The notes under the pieces were generated by a model, which did not search any database, was not told the DNA's origin, and saw nothing but the letters and a program-made list of their open reading frames with translations. From the NCBI GenBank assembly GCA_965205485.1, contig OZ242180.1:2208001-2272000 (forward strand): a stretch of 64,000 bases of DNA, written 5' to 3'. A program made the position numbers and the translations under genes. This document shows positions 54,151 through 62,842 of the stretch, piece by piece. Within the stretch, counting starts at the first letter, position 1. Each line of letters opens with the position of its first letter. Source of the DNA: Candidatus Latescibacterota bacterium (GTDB taxonomy: Bacteria > Latescibacterota > UBA2968 > GCA-2709665).

Positions 54151-55212
54151 TCATGCCAGTAGGGCCGCTTCGACCGATGGCCGAATTGCTTTGGCCATGC
54201 GCAGGAATCCAAGGTCGTTCGGATGAACCCCGTCGACGGTACACGCATCCTGATCGGCATCGCCAAAGAGGGTCTCCCCATCCACAAACCAGACCCTGTC
54301 GTCTCCCCGCTTCAGGGCATTCTCATACGTCTCGCGAACGATCTCTCGCCTCGCAACCCAGCGTGACGGATTGGCATTGATCGACGGGCTCGAGACGATA
54401 ACAATGGGCAGGTTGGGACGGGCATCCCTCACAACCCGGAAGAACGCCTCGTGCGTCTCCGTCAGATAATCGGCTGTCGGCGCATTGTGGTCGTAGTCCA
54501 TCACAAACACACGCATATCCACGGTTGCGATGAGGCGGGCCATGGCTGGTTCGGCCCGGGCGCTTCCGCTGAATCCGAAGTTGATCAGCTTCGCATCCAG
54601 CCAACGGGACAGGAAATTGGGGTAGGTGTTCCCGGGACGGGACGCGCAGCCTCCGTGCGTGATCGAGGACCCGTAGAAGAGAATCGGCTTCTCGTCCGAG
54701 AACCGCGAGGGCGGCTCGACTCTCGCGCCGGGGTCCAGTCCGAGAACGACTTGATTGACGCCGTTGTAAACCGGAAAATTCAGCGTCCATTCCCGCATGC
54801 CGCCGTCCAGTCCATCCACCAGGACCGTTTCGTATGCCCGTTCGTTCATGGGGGGTCTCGCGGAGTTTATGAACCGCTTCTCCGTCCCGGTTCCCACGTA
54901 GATGTCGAATCCGGAATTCCCGGACCGCGGCATGTGCGGCATGTCCACGACTTCCGCCAACTCCGCCCGGATGGCGATCGTACGGGAATCCGACCTGAAA
55001 CGGGCCATCCCGCCCGACGTACACCAGGCCAGCCTCCGGACGGCTTTGCTCATGTCCGGCAGGGCGTCGACCGGCAGCCGGCAGAACCGTCTCTCCCGGT
55101 CCAGCCAGGGGAAGCCCGACACCTCAACAGGTGCTTCCAGGACATCCATGCAAAGCATCTCCCTGCCCTCGATTTCCACGGACTTCAGGCCAGGTCCTGC
55201 GCTGTCGGACAT
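54151..55212 (-). CDS. SGNH/GDSL hydrolase (GxDLY-type N-domain)
   Basis: SGFDIY, FYGSSITHGGCASRPG, NFGFSG, DYDHN, DGVHPNDLG. Confidence 0.92.
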   Translation of the reverse strand: MSDSAGPGLKSVEIEGREMLCMDVLEAPVEVSGFPWLDRERRFCRLPVDALPDMSKAVRRLAWCTSGGMARFRSDSRTIAIRAELAEVVDMPHMPRSGNSGFDIYVGTGTEKRFINSARPPMNERAYETVLVDGLDGGMREWTLNFPVYNGVNQVVLGLDPGARVEPPSRFSDEKPILFYGSSITHGGCASRPGNTYPNFLSRWLDAKLINFGFSGSARAEPAMARLIATVDMRVFVMDYDHNAPTADYLTETHEAFFRVVRDARPNLPIVIVSSPSINANPSRWVARREIVRETYENALKRGDDRVWFVDGETLFGDADQDACTVDGVHPNDLGFLRMAKAIRPSVEAALLA

Positions 55213-55223
55213 CGATTCTCCCT

Positions 55224-57053
55224 TCACGACTTCCAGATGGGTAATTGAACGTATGAAGCGCGTCCCGCGTCATGGTAGACGGTATTGCGGGCGATGCGCC
55301 AGTCCCTGTCGTCCGGATCGCCCGTATTGCGGTTGATGTCGTAGTTGGGGAAGTTGCTGCTGCAGATGTCCAGGCGGATACGATGACCGGCCCGGAACAG
55401 GTTCGCGGACGGCTGCATGTCGATTTCGATGCGGTACACCGTTCCAGGTTCCATCGGACTCGGCCGCTCGAAGCTCTCCCTGTACCGCGCCCGCAGGATG
55501 CCCTCCGATATCGGGAAGGCGTATCCGGTCGGATCGTCCCGGCTCGGGGGATAGACGTCCAGCAGCTTCATGAAAAAATCGGTATCCGGCGCGTCGGAGG
55601 ATATCCATAGGACCCCGCTGATATTTCCGGCAATCGACAGGTCCGCGTCAAGCGGGGCGGTTTGAAAGACGAGCACGTCGGGCCGCGAGGCAATGGGCAT
55701 GCCCGGTATGCCATGCCCGGTAAGGGTCTCGATCTCAATCTGATCGCGGGGTCCCATCCCCTTGAACCACCCCTCCTTCATCGGACCGTAGGGGATGATA
55801 CAGCGGCCGTTGCTGGATACCGTATTGCGCGGGTCGTAGGTGTACGTGGTCGAGGCGTCTTCCTCCGGGGGGGCATTGGGCGACAGAATACCGTTCTCAT
55901 GGATATAGTACGGTGTCTCGCGCGAGCCATCCGGCGGCCAGCCATCCACGCTGAACCACTTTCCGCCGTGCTGCAGGAGTCCGTCCCGGTCGCGGCTGCC
56001 GTCCTCTCCGCCCATTCGGAACATCCGAACCGCGCTGCCAACGTCCACAGTGGCATCCTCCTTGAGCCACCGGTTGAACCACTGCAGGTAGAGGTGAAGG
56101 AAGTCCTTGTGGAAATGGAGACCGCCCTCCGGTCCGAAATGCACGTCTCCGCAGGACGGTTCGCAGTTGCCGTGGGTCCACGGACCCACCAGCAGGTGCT
56201 GATTCCCGCGTCCCATGCTCACCATCTTCCGGAACCCGTCGATGATGGTTCGGGGATACCAGTCGAACCAGCCCACCATCCAGAGAATCGGCATGTCCGG
56301 AAACGAATCGAAATACTCGTCCATTGCGAATCCCGGCTGCCGCCAGAATTCCGTATAGTCGTTGTTCTCGAAATAGAGCTGGAAGACTGCGTCCTCGTAC
56401 TGCGGCGCAACCGCCAGCGGCGTCTGACCACGACGCCAGGGGATCCGGGATGCCCATTCGAGGAACTGCTGTCCGTCGGCGGTCATTGACGTTACTGCTT
56501 CGGCAATGACAGGGTCCTCCTGCGCCTCGTGGCCCGTAATCGCCATCCGGACCGCCCAGTTCAGGAGGCCGAGATGCAGCGCGCCGCCCTCGCGCATGCT
56601 GTAGTGGTAGGCGTTGATGGGCCCTTCGAATGGAATCATGGTCGCAAGAGACGGCGGGTTCTGCGTAGCCGCGTGGAACTGCACCCACGCATCGTAGGAA
56701 CACCCGTGCATGCCCACCTTCCCGTTGCACGTGGGATGTTCGGCAATCCACTCGATGGTGTCGTACCCGTCCTCCGGGTCGTCCCTGAACGGGAAGAACG
56801 CGCCCTCGGAACCATAGCGCCCCCTGCAGTCCTGTACGGCGGCCATATAACCGTGCCGCGCGAAGAAGCTTGCTGCGGCCGAACCGCCGTTCTTGTTGTA
56901 AGGCGTCCGCTCGAGGATCGCCGGGAAGGGCCCTGTTCGTCGACTTGCGACCTCACCCGGGAAGTAGAGGTCGGTGGCCAGGCGCACGCCGTCCCGCATC
57001 GGGACCATCACGTCCCTGGCCACGATAACGTCAGCTGTATGGGAATCACCCAT
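55224..57053 (-). CDS. CocE/NonD family hydrolase
   Basis: MRDGVRLATD, ERTPY, QDCRGRYGSEG, GCSY nucleophile elbow, GWFD, GPWTH, SSNFP. Confidence 0.94.
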   Translation of the reverse strand: MGDSHTADVIVARDVMVPMRDGVRLATDLYFPGEVASRRTGPFPAILERTPYNKNGGSAAASFFARHGYMAAVQDCRGRYGSEGAFFPFRDDPEDGYDTIEWIAEHPTCNGKVGMHGCSYDAWVQFHAATQNPPSLATMIPFEGPINAYHYSMREGGALHLGLLNWAVRMAITGHEAQEDPVIAEAVTSMTADGQQFLEWASRIPWRRGQTPLAVAPQYEDAVFQLYFENNDYTEFWRQPGFAMDEYFDSFPDMPILWMVGWFDWYPRTIIDGFRKMVSMGRGNQHLLVGPWTHGNCEPSCGDVHFGPEGGLHFHKDFLHLYLQWFNRWLKEDATVDVGSAVRMFRMGGEDGSRDRDGLLQHGGKWFSVDGWPPDGSRETPYYIHENGILSPNAPPEEDASTTYTYDPRNTVSSNGRCIIPYGPMKEGWFKGMGPRDQIEIETLTGHGIPGMPIASRPDVLVFQTAPLDADLSIAGNISGVLWISSDAPDTDFFMKLLDVYPPSRDDPTGYAFPISEGILRARYRESFERPSPMEPGTVYRIEIDMQPSANLFRAGHRIRLDICSSNFPNYDINRNTGDPDDRDWRIARNTVYHDAGRASYVQLPIWKS

Positions 57054-57065
57054 GGGAATTCACCC

Positions 57066-58583
57066 TTAAGTTGACGACGTGCCTCGGACGAATCGGTAGC
57101 CGTACAGCCGGGCCGCGCCGTACAGATGGAAGCGCAGCCTGAAGCGGTCCCGGCCGATGCCGGCAAGTCGTTTGTCGCCCCAGGTGACGCGGCGCCGGAG
57201 CCCGTCGACGTCGATATCGTCGCAGTCACCGCATCCGTATCCCGGGACCGGCTCGCAGGAATCCGCGTCAAGTATTTCGACTTCCAACCAGTTGCGGTTG
57301 CGCCGGACGTCGCCCACGTTGAGCGTCAGCTCGGTCGACCGGTCGGTCAGCGCAAGCGGGGCGGTGGTCGCGTGTCCGGGCGTCTCGCGGTCCGGGGTCT
57401 CCAGACAGGTGAACCCGTCTTCGCGGAGCGTGGCCAGACCCATCCGCGCCATGCGCGCGCTCCCGCTCCCCATCTCATGGATGAACTCGGGGATCTCGTT
57501 CTCCGGCGGCCAGCTTGTGAACTCTTCGCCCGCCCCGCCATAGAACAGGTAGACGGTCCCGTCCTTGACGACCGGTTTGTCCGTAATGATAAGCAGTCCC
57601 CCGTCCCACTCGCCGTGCGCGCCGCGGGCGATGACCTTCTGGTGGGGATTGAGACGGTCGAAATTGAGCCCGTCGCCGCTGACCGCCAGCCGGATGTCGG
57701 CAGAGTACATCCCGTAGCGGCCGTAACCGTTCGGCACGTACCACCCGTACTCGTAGCAGATGATCCACGCGCCGCCGTACGGCGACATCATGATGTGATG
57801 GTCTTCGTACTCCAGCCCGTCGGCGGGCGAGAGCAGGGGTTTCTCTTCCGCCCTCCGGAAGTGCTCGATGTCTGGGCCGTACGCCAGAATCTTGGCGCGC
57901 CCGAGGCCGCGGTACCGATCGGCGCGGCGCTTGATGTCGGGCTTGTCGAACGGCACCATCTCCTGGAAGACGGTCTTGTACCGGCGCGAGGGATCCGGGT
58001 CCTGGTCGTCACGGACGAGCACGCCGATGTCGGGCGGTCCGCGAAACCACTCCGGCAGGTCGATGTTCGGGCCCTCGGTCCAGTGGATGCCGTCGGGCGA
58101 ATAGTTGGCCCGGGCGCCCTTTCCGGCGTAGACCTTCTGTCCCCCGAAGCCGCGCTTGATCCCCTTGAAACGCCTGTTCGGGTCCGGTTCGGCGTCGTCC
58201 TTGATGATCGGACCGCGTCCGTCCAGGACGATGTTGTTCTTCCTGCTCCCGTTGTATTCGTACAGGCCCAGTTCGGGTTTGTGCCAGTTGATCCCGTCCT
58301 CGCTGACGGCGTAACCCATCGCCCACCACCTCGACGTCGCAATGTCCGAGCCCGCGTACCACGCCTTGAACAGCCCGTCTTCATCGTCGTATATCACCGT
58401 GGGCGAGGACCACGGCGCGCAGTGGGTGGAATCCCATTCGTGCGAGTCGCCCACCGGCAGTACGGGATTCAGCGGGTGTTTTTCCGCTTCGCACACGGTC
58501 TGCGTGACATGATGGACAGACTCGATCCCGTCCATCAGAAGGAATCCATCCGCGCTGCCGGCGTCCGTGTTCATCCGATCCAT
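57066..58583 (-). CDS. Beta-propeller glycosidase-like protein (GH32/GH43-like) with C-terminal beta-sandwich
   Basis: KHPLNPVL, FKAWY, YAVSEDGINWHKPELG, SPDGIHW, GLATLREDGF, ARLYGY. Confidence 0.7.
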   Translation of the reverse strand: MDRMNTDAGSADGFLLMDGIESVHHVTQTVCEAEKHPLNPVLPVGDSHEWDSTHCAPWSSPTVIYDDEDGLFKAWYAGSDIATSRWWAMGYAVSEDGINWHKPELGLYEYNGSRKNNIVLDGRGPIIKDDAEPDPNRRFKGIKRGFGGQKVYAGKGARANYSPDGIHWTEGPNIDLPEWFRGPPDIGVLVRDDQDPDPSRRYKTVFQEMVPFDKPDIKRRADRYRGLGRAKILAYGPDIEHFRRAEEKPLLSPADGLEYEDHHIMMSPYGGAWIICYEYGWYVPNGYGRYGMYSADIRLAVSGDGLNFDRLNPHQKVIARGAHGEWDGGLLIITDKPVVKDGTVYLFYGGAGEEFTSWPPENEIPEFIHEMGSGSARMARMGLATLREDGFTCLETPDRETPGHATTAPLALTDRSTELTLNVGDVRRNRNWLEVEILDADSCEPVPGYGCGDCDDIDVDGLRRRVTWGDKRLAGIGRDRFRLRFHLYGAARLYGYRFVRGTSST

Positions 58584-58608
58584 GCATTCACCCTTTTCGC
58601 AGTTTCCG

Positions 58609-59676
58609 TCACTCGCCGTACGTCATTTCCGTAAACCCTTCCTTCGCAAGCGGATACCGGTGGACCCGCAGCTTCAGATCCCGGGACGTCATGAAGATCC
58701 CGTGGGTGGTGAACCAGCCTCCGATATTGGTCTCCGGGATCTGGAGAATCCTGCCCGGCGCGTGCACGTCGAACGAAAAATCGGTCAGTTCGCTCACGGT
58801 GCGCATTTCTTTGAACGTGTCCCGGTGGCAGGCAAGGTACTGGATCCGGTTCTGGGAGTTGTAGTAAGATGTGCTGGCCCACCAGTCCGGATCGGCCTTT
58901 CGAGACGGGCGCTGGAGTTCCGGGTCCTGCCAGTGGTTGGTTTCGAGAACCATTCCGTTTTCCGGTTCCCGAAGGGCGATGTTCGCCGATTCCAGTTCGA
59001 ACCCGACCATATCACCCGCCGCGTCCACGGCCACGCCCGTCAGTCCCTTGATCCCCGAAATCCGGTACTGTCGGAGGAAATGCCTGACGTCCCCGCAATC
59101 GGTGCAATATTGCGCCAGCAGGTGCGTGGTGAAATATAGATTGACGTGTTCGGGGTTGGCGCCCGGGTTGAACTTCCGGTGTCCCGACGCGCAGCCCACC
59201 AGCAGCCCCGCGTCGTTGATCGCCGTGCCGACGGTGACGCCGAACCGCTCGCCGATGCCGGCCAGTCCGTGCGGCCTGCCGTCCGGCAGCCCCATCAGGA
59301 TCTTATCGTTCACGAAATCTTCGACCCTGCCGATCGAGCTCGTATCGTAGGTCCTCAACATCGCAGGACCGTCGTCCTTCAGCGTGATCCCGAGCGCCGA
59401 ACATCCGTCCAGGTCGGCGGCAGTGAAGTAGACGTGCAGCAGAAACGTTTGGTCGAAGTCTTCAATCCCCGCCGCGTCGCCGTATGCCTCCATCTGCGTC
59501 ACCAGTGCCGGAAATTCCCGCCGCATGAAAGCCATGTTTTCGCGGAAATAGCTATCCTCGAAGTCCTGGGACTGCTTTAGCCTCTTCTCCAGCTCACGGT
59601 GGGCGTATTCGGGATCGAGCGCGCCCTGCGCCCGCCCCGCTTCGGCAGGACCTCCCGCAAAGATGTACTTCTCCAC
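58609..59676 (-). CDS. C45 family Ntn-hydrolase/acyltransferase, paralog B
   Basis: EAGRAQG, DG-CSALG, RTYD, INDAGLLVG, TNHW; shares FSFDVHAPGRILQ with paralog A. Confidence 0.78.
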   Translation of the reverse strand: MEKYIFAGGPAEAGRAQGALDPEYAHRELEKRLKQSQDFEDSYFRENMAFMRREFPALVTQMEAYGDAAGIEDFDQTFLLHVYFTAADLDGCSALGITLKDDGPAMLRTYDTSSIGRVEDFVNDKILMGLPDGRPHGLAGIGERFGVTVGTAINDAGLLVGCASGHRKFNPGANPEHVNLYFTTHLLAQYCTDCGDVRHFLRQYRISGIKGLTGVAVDAAGDMVGFELESANIALREPENGMVLETNHWQDPELQRPSRKADPDWWASTSYYNSQNRIQYLACHRDTFKEMRTVSELTDFSFDVHAPGRILQIPETNIGGWFTTHGIFMTSRDLKLRVHRYPLAKEGFTEMTYGE

Positions 59677-59726
59677 GGTAGCAACCTTTCAACGAGCGCT
59701 TCGAGTCAATTCCGACCGGTTCTTCC

Positions 59727-59755
59727 TTGACAAGCCATGTAATTGTAGCTACATT
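59727..59755 (+). promoter_or_regulatory. relB/dinJ promoter with operator palindrome
   Basis: TTGACA (59727), 17 nt, TACATT (59750); palindrome TGTAGCTACA at 59744-59753. Confidence 0.72.
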
Positions 59756-59781
59756 GTAGCGACAAGCTGGAGGTTGTTATC

Positions 59782-60048
59782 ATGGGTAACGATAGTGTGG
59801 TACGCGCACGAATCGACCGCGATACCAAGGCACGGGCAACCGAGGCGCTTGAAGCCATGGGCCTTTCCGTTTCCGATGCGATCCGCCTGCTGTTGCTGAG
59901 GATAGCCGAAGAGAAACGGCTGCCGTTCGCTGTGAAAGTCCCTAATTCCACGACTGTTGCAGCGATGAAGGAACTGGAAGAGGGAAAGGGCAAACGATTC
60001 CGTAATTCCCGGGAGCTACTCAGGGATCTCAGACTTCTGGATGACTGA
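59782..60048 (+). CDS. relB: RelB/DinJ family antitoxin (no adjacent toxin)
   Basis: VVRARID, LEAMGLSVSDAIRL, LPFAVKVPN..TVAAMKE; GGAGGT RBS. Confidence 0.92.
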   Translation: MGNDSVVRARIDRDTKARATEALEAMGLSVSDAIRLLLLRIAEEKRLPFAVKVPNSTTVAAMKELEEGKGKRFRNSRELLRDLRLLDD

Positions 60049-60114
60049 CTCCGGTTCCCGCGCTGCGTCACACCTGACGACAACTGAACAATCGGCACAT
60101 CTTAGGAGACAAAA

Positions 60115-60137
60115 AGGGCGATCACAAGGATCGCCCT
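60115..60137. terminator. REP-like hairpin / terminator between convergent relB and HEPN genes
   Basis: AGGGCGATC-ACAAG-GATCGCCCT preceded by an A-run (U-tract on the minus strand). Confidence 0.6.
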
Positions 60138-60274
60138 AACCGTTTCAATACCTTGTTGAATGCTTGTCTTCGTTGAATTGATCGAAATTGGTCTGACAGA
60201 CAGTCTATTGTGTCATGCTTTCTATCATACGACAACGGAATCACAGTCGGAGACTTTAGGCCTTGATTTGCCGT

Positions 60275-60658
60275 TTACTTCGATCCGCCTTCTGTTCTGC
60301 CAGATGTCCCCTTCGGCGAAGGCGTGATTAAAGGCTCCAGTTGGACGATTAGCTCGGGTATTTGATCGACAGTCAATGCCCACATGCGCGATTGGATGAT
60401 CTCGCCATATTCGTGCGCCAGAACGTTGCGCATCCCCACAATCCTCCGCCACGGAATCTCAGGGTGTGCCGTCTTGAATGGATCGGATACGCGTCTTGCC
60501 GCCTCGCCGAGGATTTCCACCTGCCGCTCTACCGCTGCCTGAACCATTCGATTCTGAAGAAACTGCTCGGATGTCAAATCCTTGACAAACTCCGTGACAG
60601 AAACGGCCGCTTCCAGCATATCCCAGATGTAGGCGGCATCCCGATTTTCAGGCCGCAT
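60275..60658 (-). CDS. hepT: HEPN/DUF86 ribonuclease toxin
   Basis: EILGEAA, HPEIPW, RNVLAHEY (Rx4HxY). Confidence 0.92.
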   Translation of the reverse strand: MRPENRDAAYIWDMLEAAVSVTEFVKDLTSEQFLQNRMVQAAVERQVEILGEAARRVSDPFKTAHPEIPWRRIVGMRNVLAHEYGEIIQSRMWALTVDQIPELIVQLEPLITPSPKGTSGRTEGGSK

Positions 60659-60953
60659 AAATCACCTCTTTGGTGCTCAGAATGCCCTTCCTGCGGAAAG
60701 GATTTCGGAGCCCCTGCTCTTCTATGAGGTCAACGGGCCGTTCGAGGATTTCCGTCAATTCTTCCTGCATCTGTACCAGGTCGAGTAAACTGTGTCCGGC
60801 GCCCGGAGTGAACGTAACCAGAAGGTCGACGTCGCTGTCTTCTGCAAAGTCACCGCGAAGCACAGAGCCGAACGCAGCCAATTCAGTAATTTTCCAGCGA
60901 CAACAAAAATCATCAATCCGGGCATGCGGCAAATCTATCTGGAGCGGCGCCAT
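60648..60953 (-). CDS. mntA: Minimal nucleotidyltransferase (MNT) antitoxin
   Basis: FGSVLRGDFAEDSDVDLL (GSx10DxD), RPVDL; overlaps the HEPN gene. Confidence 0.92.
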   Translation of the reverse strand: MAPLQIDLPHARIDDFCCRWKITELAAFGSVLRGDFAEDSDVDLLVTFTPGAGHSLLDLVQMQEELTEILERPVDLIEEQGLRNPFRRKGILSTKEVIYAA

Positions 60954-60999
60954 ACCTACCTCAATTGGAAGCTATTCGCTAGGAGCCTGTCGGAATACC

Positions 61000-61021
61000 T
61001 ATGCCAATATATTATGGCATA
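61000..61021. promoter_or_regulatory. Operator-like inverted repeat upstream of mntA
   Basis: TATGCCA-ATATATTA-TGGCATA in AT-rich intergenic DNA. Confidence 0.45.
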
Positions 61022-61181
61022 CAATATCTAGTGTGATTTGAAATATCAGTATCTATATATCGTATGCCGATTAGATCAAGTTGGGGTATTCCGACAGGCT
61101 GCTAGCCATCTTTTCGGAAGAGCGTACACAATATACGCATATGTGTGTTGTCTCGCTACTCGGCAGACGCGCCTTTGGTGT

Positions 61182-61679
61182 TCACAAATACGCGTAATAG
61201 ATGACTTCCTTGCGCTCGATGTTGAACCCCGCCTTCTCATAGGCCCTCCTGGCGCCGGTCTGCGCGTCGTTCAGGCCCGTTCGCACCTGCGCATATTTCA
61301 GCCCCGCCTCCCGGAACCTATCCATGACGAAGTTGTACATCATGGTCCCGATTCCCTGCCCCTGCAACCCGGCCGCGACGGCGTTCAGGCCGACGATTCC
61401 GATCCCTTTCTTCATATCCAGAAGATAGGTGATGAACGCCGCGACCTCGCCGGTTTCGCGCGACTCGACGACGAACGCCCATTCCGGATGTTCCGCCAGG
61501 TGGCGCCCGACGCTGGCCTTGATGTTTTCCGGCCAGTTCGCGTAGAGGACGTCGAAGAGCTCCTCGCCCCAGTTCTCTTCATGCAGCCCGAAAATCGGCT
61601 CCCAAGCCTGGCGGACGATCTCGCCGATCCTGTCCAGGTCGGCTTCGGTCGCGCCGCGAATCCGGTATCGGTCGTCCAT
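61182..61679 (-). CDS. GNAT family N-acetyltransferase
   Basis: IRGATEADL, NAV..LQGQGIGT, ARRAYEKAGF. Confidence 0.9.
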   Translation of the reverse strand: MDDRYRIRGATEADLDRIGEIVRQAWEPIFGLHEENWGEELFDVLYANWPENIKASVGRHLAEHPEWAFVVESRETGEVAAFITYLLDMKKGIGIVGLNAVAAGLQGQGIGTMMYNFVMDRFREAGLKYAQVRTGLNDAQTGARRAYEKAGFNIERKEVIYYAYL

Positions 61680-61706
61680 ATTTCCTCGCATCGAGACAGC
61701 GTCGGA

Positions 61707-62786
61707 CTACACGGTATCCGGGAAACTTACGCTCAATCGCTTTGCCCACTCCTCCAGTTCCTGGCGCACATCCGGTTCCAGCGGCACGCCGTGAATCTCG
61801 CATTCTTGCCGGGTCCGCTCCATTCGTTCGCCGGGCAGCCGGATCTCAGCGGAATCGCCGTCCAGGGGACTGCCTTTGAGGTCTTCGACAAAGTCCGCCA
61901 TCCGCGCTTCGAAATCGGCCACGGGCATAAACGCCCCGACGTCAATGGCGATGCAGCAATGGCTGACCGCGTGGGTCTTGTCCGTTCGGTCCGCCTGGTC
62001 GCGTGGCGTGATATCGCTCAGGAAAGCGGCGCCGCCCAGCACGCCCGTCAGCGCTTCAACCAGAATGGCCAAACCTGCGCCCTTATGGCCGCCGATCGGC
62101 ATCGTGGTCCCGCCGCCGATGACGGCCCGCGGGTCGTCGGTGGGCCTGCCGTCCCGGTCGAAGCCCCGAATATCCCGGGGAATCCGCTTACCTTCCCGGA
62201 TCCACTGCCGCATCCGGCCCCCCGAGGCGGTCATGCACGCGTCGAACAGGATGGGGAAGCCGCCGGCCGTGGGTATGCCGAACCCCATCGGTGTGTTGCC
62301 GATCACAGAGCCGCGGGCGCCTGGATATCCCATGGATCCCTTGGTGTTCGAAAACGCCATGCCGATCATGCCCGCGTTGGCCGCTTCCAGGCAATACGGA
62401 ACGGCGGCGAGAAAGTGGTTGTTGCGTACGATCAGCGCGACGCCGATGCCACCCTCCCGGGCCTTGGCGATTGCAAGCCGCATCCCTTTCATGCAGCCGA
62501 CGATCCCCACGCCGTGGTCGCCTTCGATGACCGCGGTCATGCCCCGGTCGCTGAGTACAGGCTGGTCCGGCTTGGCCCGGATCGTCCCATCGTTCAACCC
62601 CCGAAGATTGAAGTGAACGAGCCGGAGCCCGTGGGTCGTATTACCGCGGGTCTCCTGGCAGAGGGTCGCTCCGGCGATCGTTTGCGCGTCGTCGCCGGGC
62701 ACGCCGGCGGCCAGATACAGGTCGCGCACGAATGTCTCCAGCACGTCCGCGGCCACACGGGTCTCCGCAGGGTCGGGTCGGTTCAT
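61707..62786 (-). CDS. Ldh_2 family oxidoreductase (malate/L-lactate/ureidoglycolate dehydrogenase-like)
   Basis: RGNTTHGL, GDHGVG, RNNHF, IGNTPMGFG, GGHKGAGL, RLPGE. Confidence 0.92.
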   Translation of the reverse strand: MNRPDPAETRVAADVLETFVRDLYLAAGVPGDDAQTIAGATLCQETRGNTTHGLRLVHFNLRGLNDGTIRAKPDQPVLSDRGMTAVIEGDHGVGIVGCMKGMRLAIAKAREGGIGVALIVRNNHFLAAVPYCLEAANAGMIGMAFSNTKGSMGYPGARGSVIGNTPMGFGIPTAGGFPILFDACMTASGGRMRQWIREGKRIPRDIRGFDRDGRPTDDPRAVIGGGTTMPIGGHKGAGLAILVEALTGVLGGAAFLSDITPRDQADRTDKTHAVSHCCIAIDVGAFMPVADFEARMADFVEDLKGSPLDGDSAEIRLPGERMERTRQECEIHGVPLEPDVRQELEEWAKRLSVSFPDTV

Positions 62787-62811
62787 ATTTTCAGTCTCCA
62801 ATCTCCGGTTG

Positions 62812-62842
62812 TCGCCTGCAGAGCGACTTTATCAACGGACTG
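62812..62842 (-). mobile_element. Truncated MITE end (31 bp identical to 48306-48336)
   Basis: Reverse complement CAGTCCGTTGATAAAGTCGCTCTGCAGGCGA matches the left end of the 48305 element exactly. Confidence 0.8.

Noticed and set aside
57126..58634. 502-aa plus-strand ORF and similar 300-590 aa overlapping ORFs (e.g. 29203-30972, 31067-32404, 9356-10678)
   Set aside because: Antisense or alternate-frame shadows of motif-bearing genes.
60041..60139. 32-codon ORF overlapping the relB stop as the missing toxin
   Set aside because: Far shorter than RelE/YafQ, no similarity, and it runs through the hairpin.
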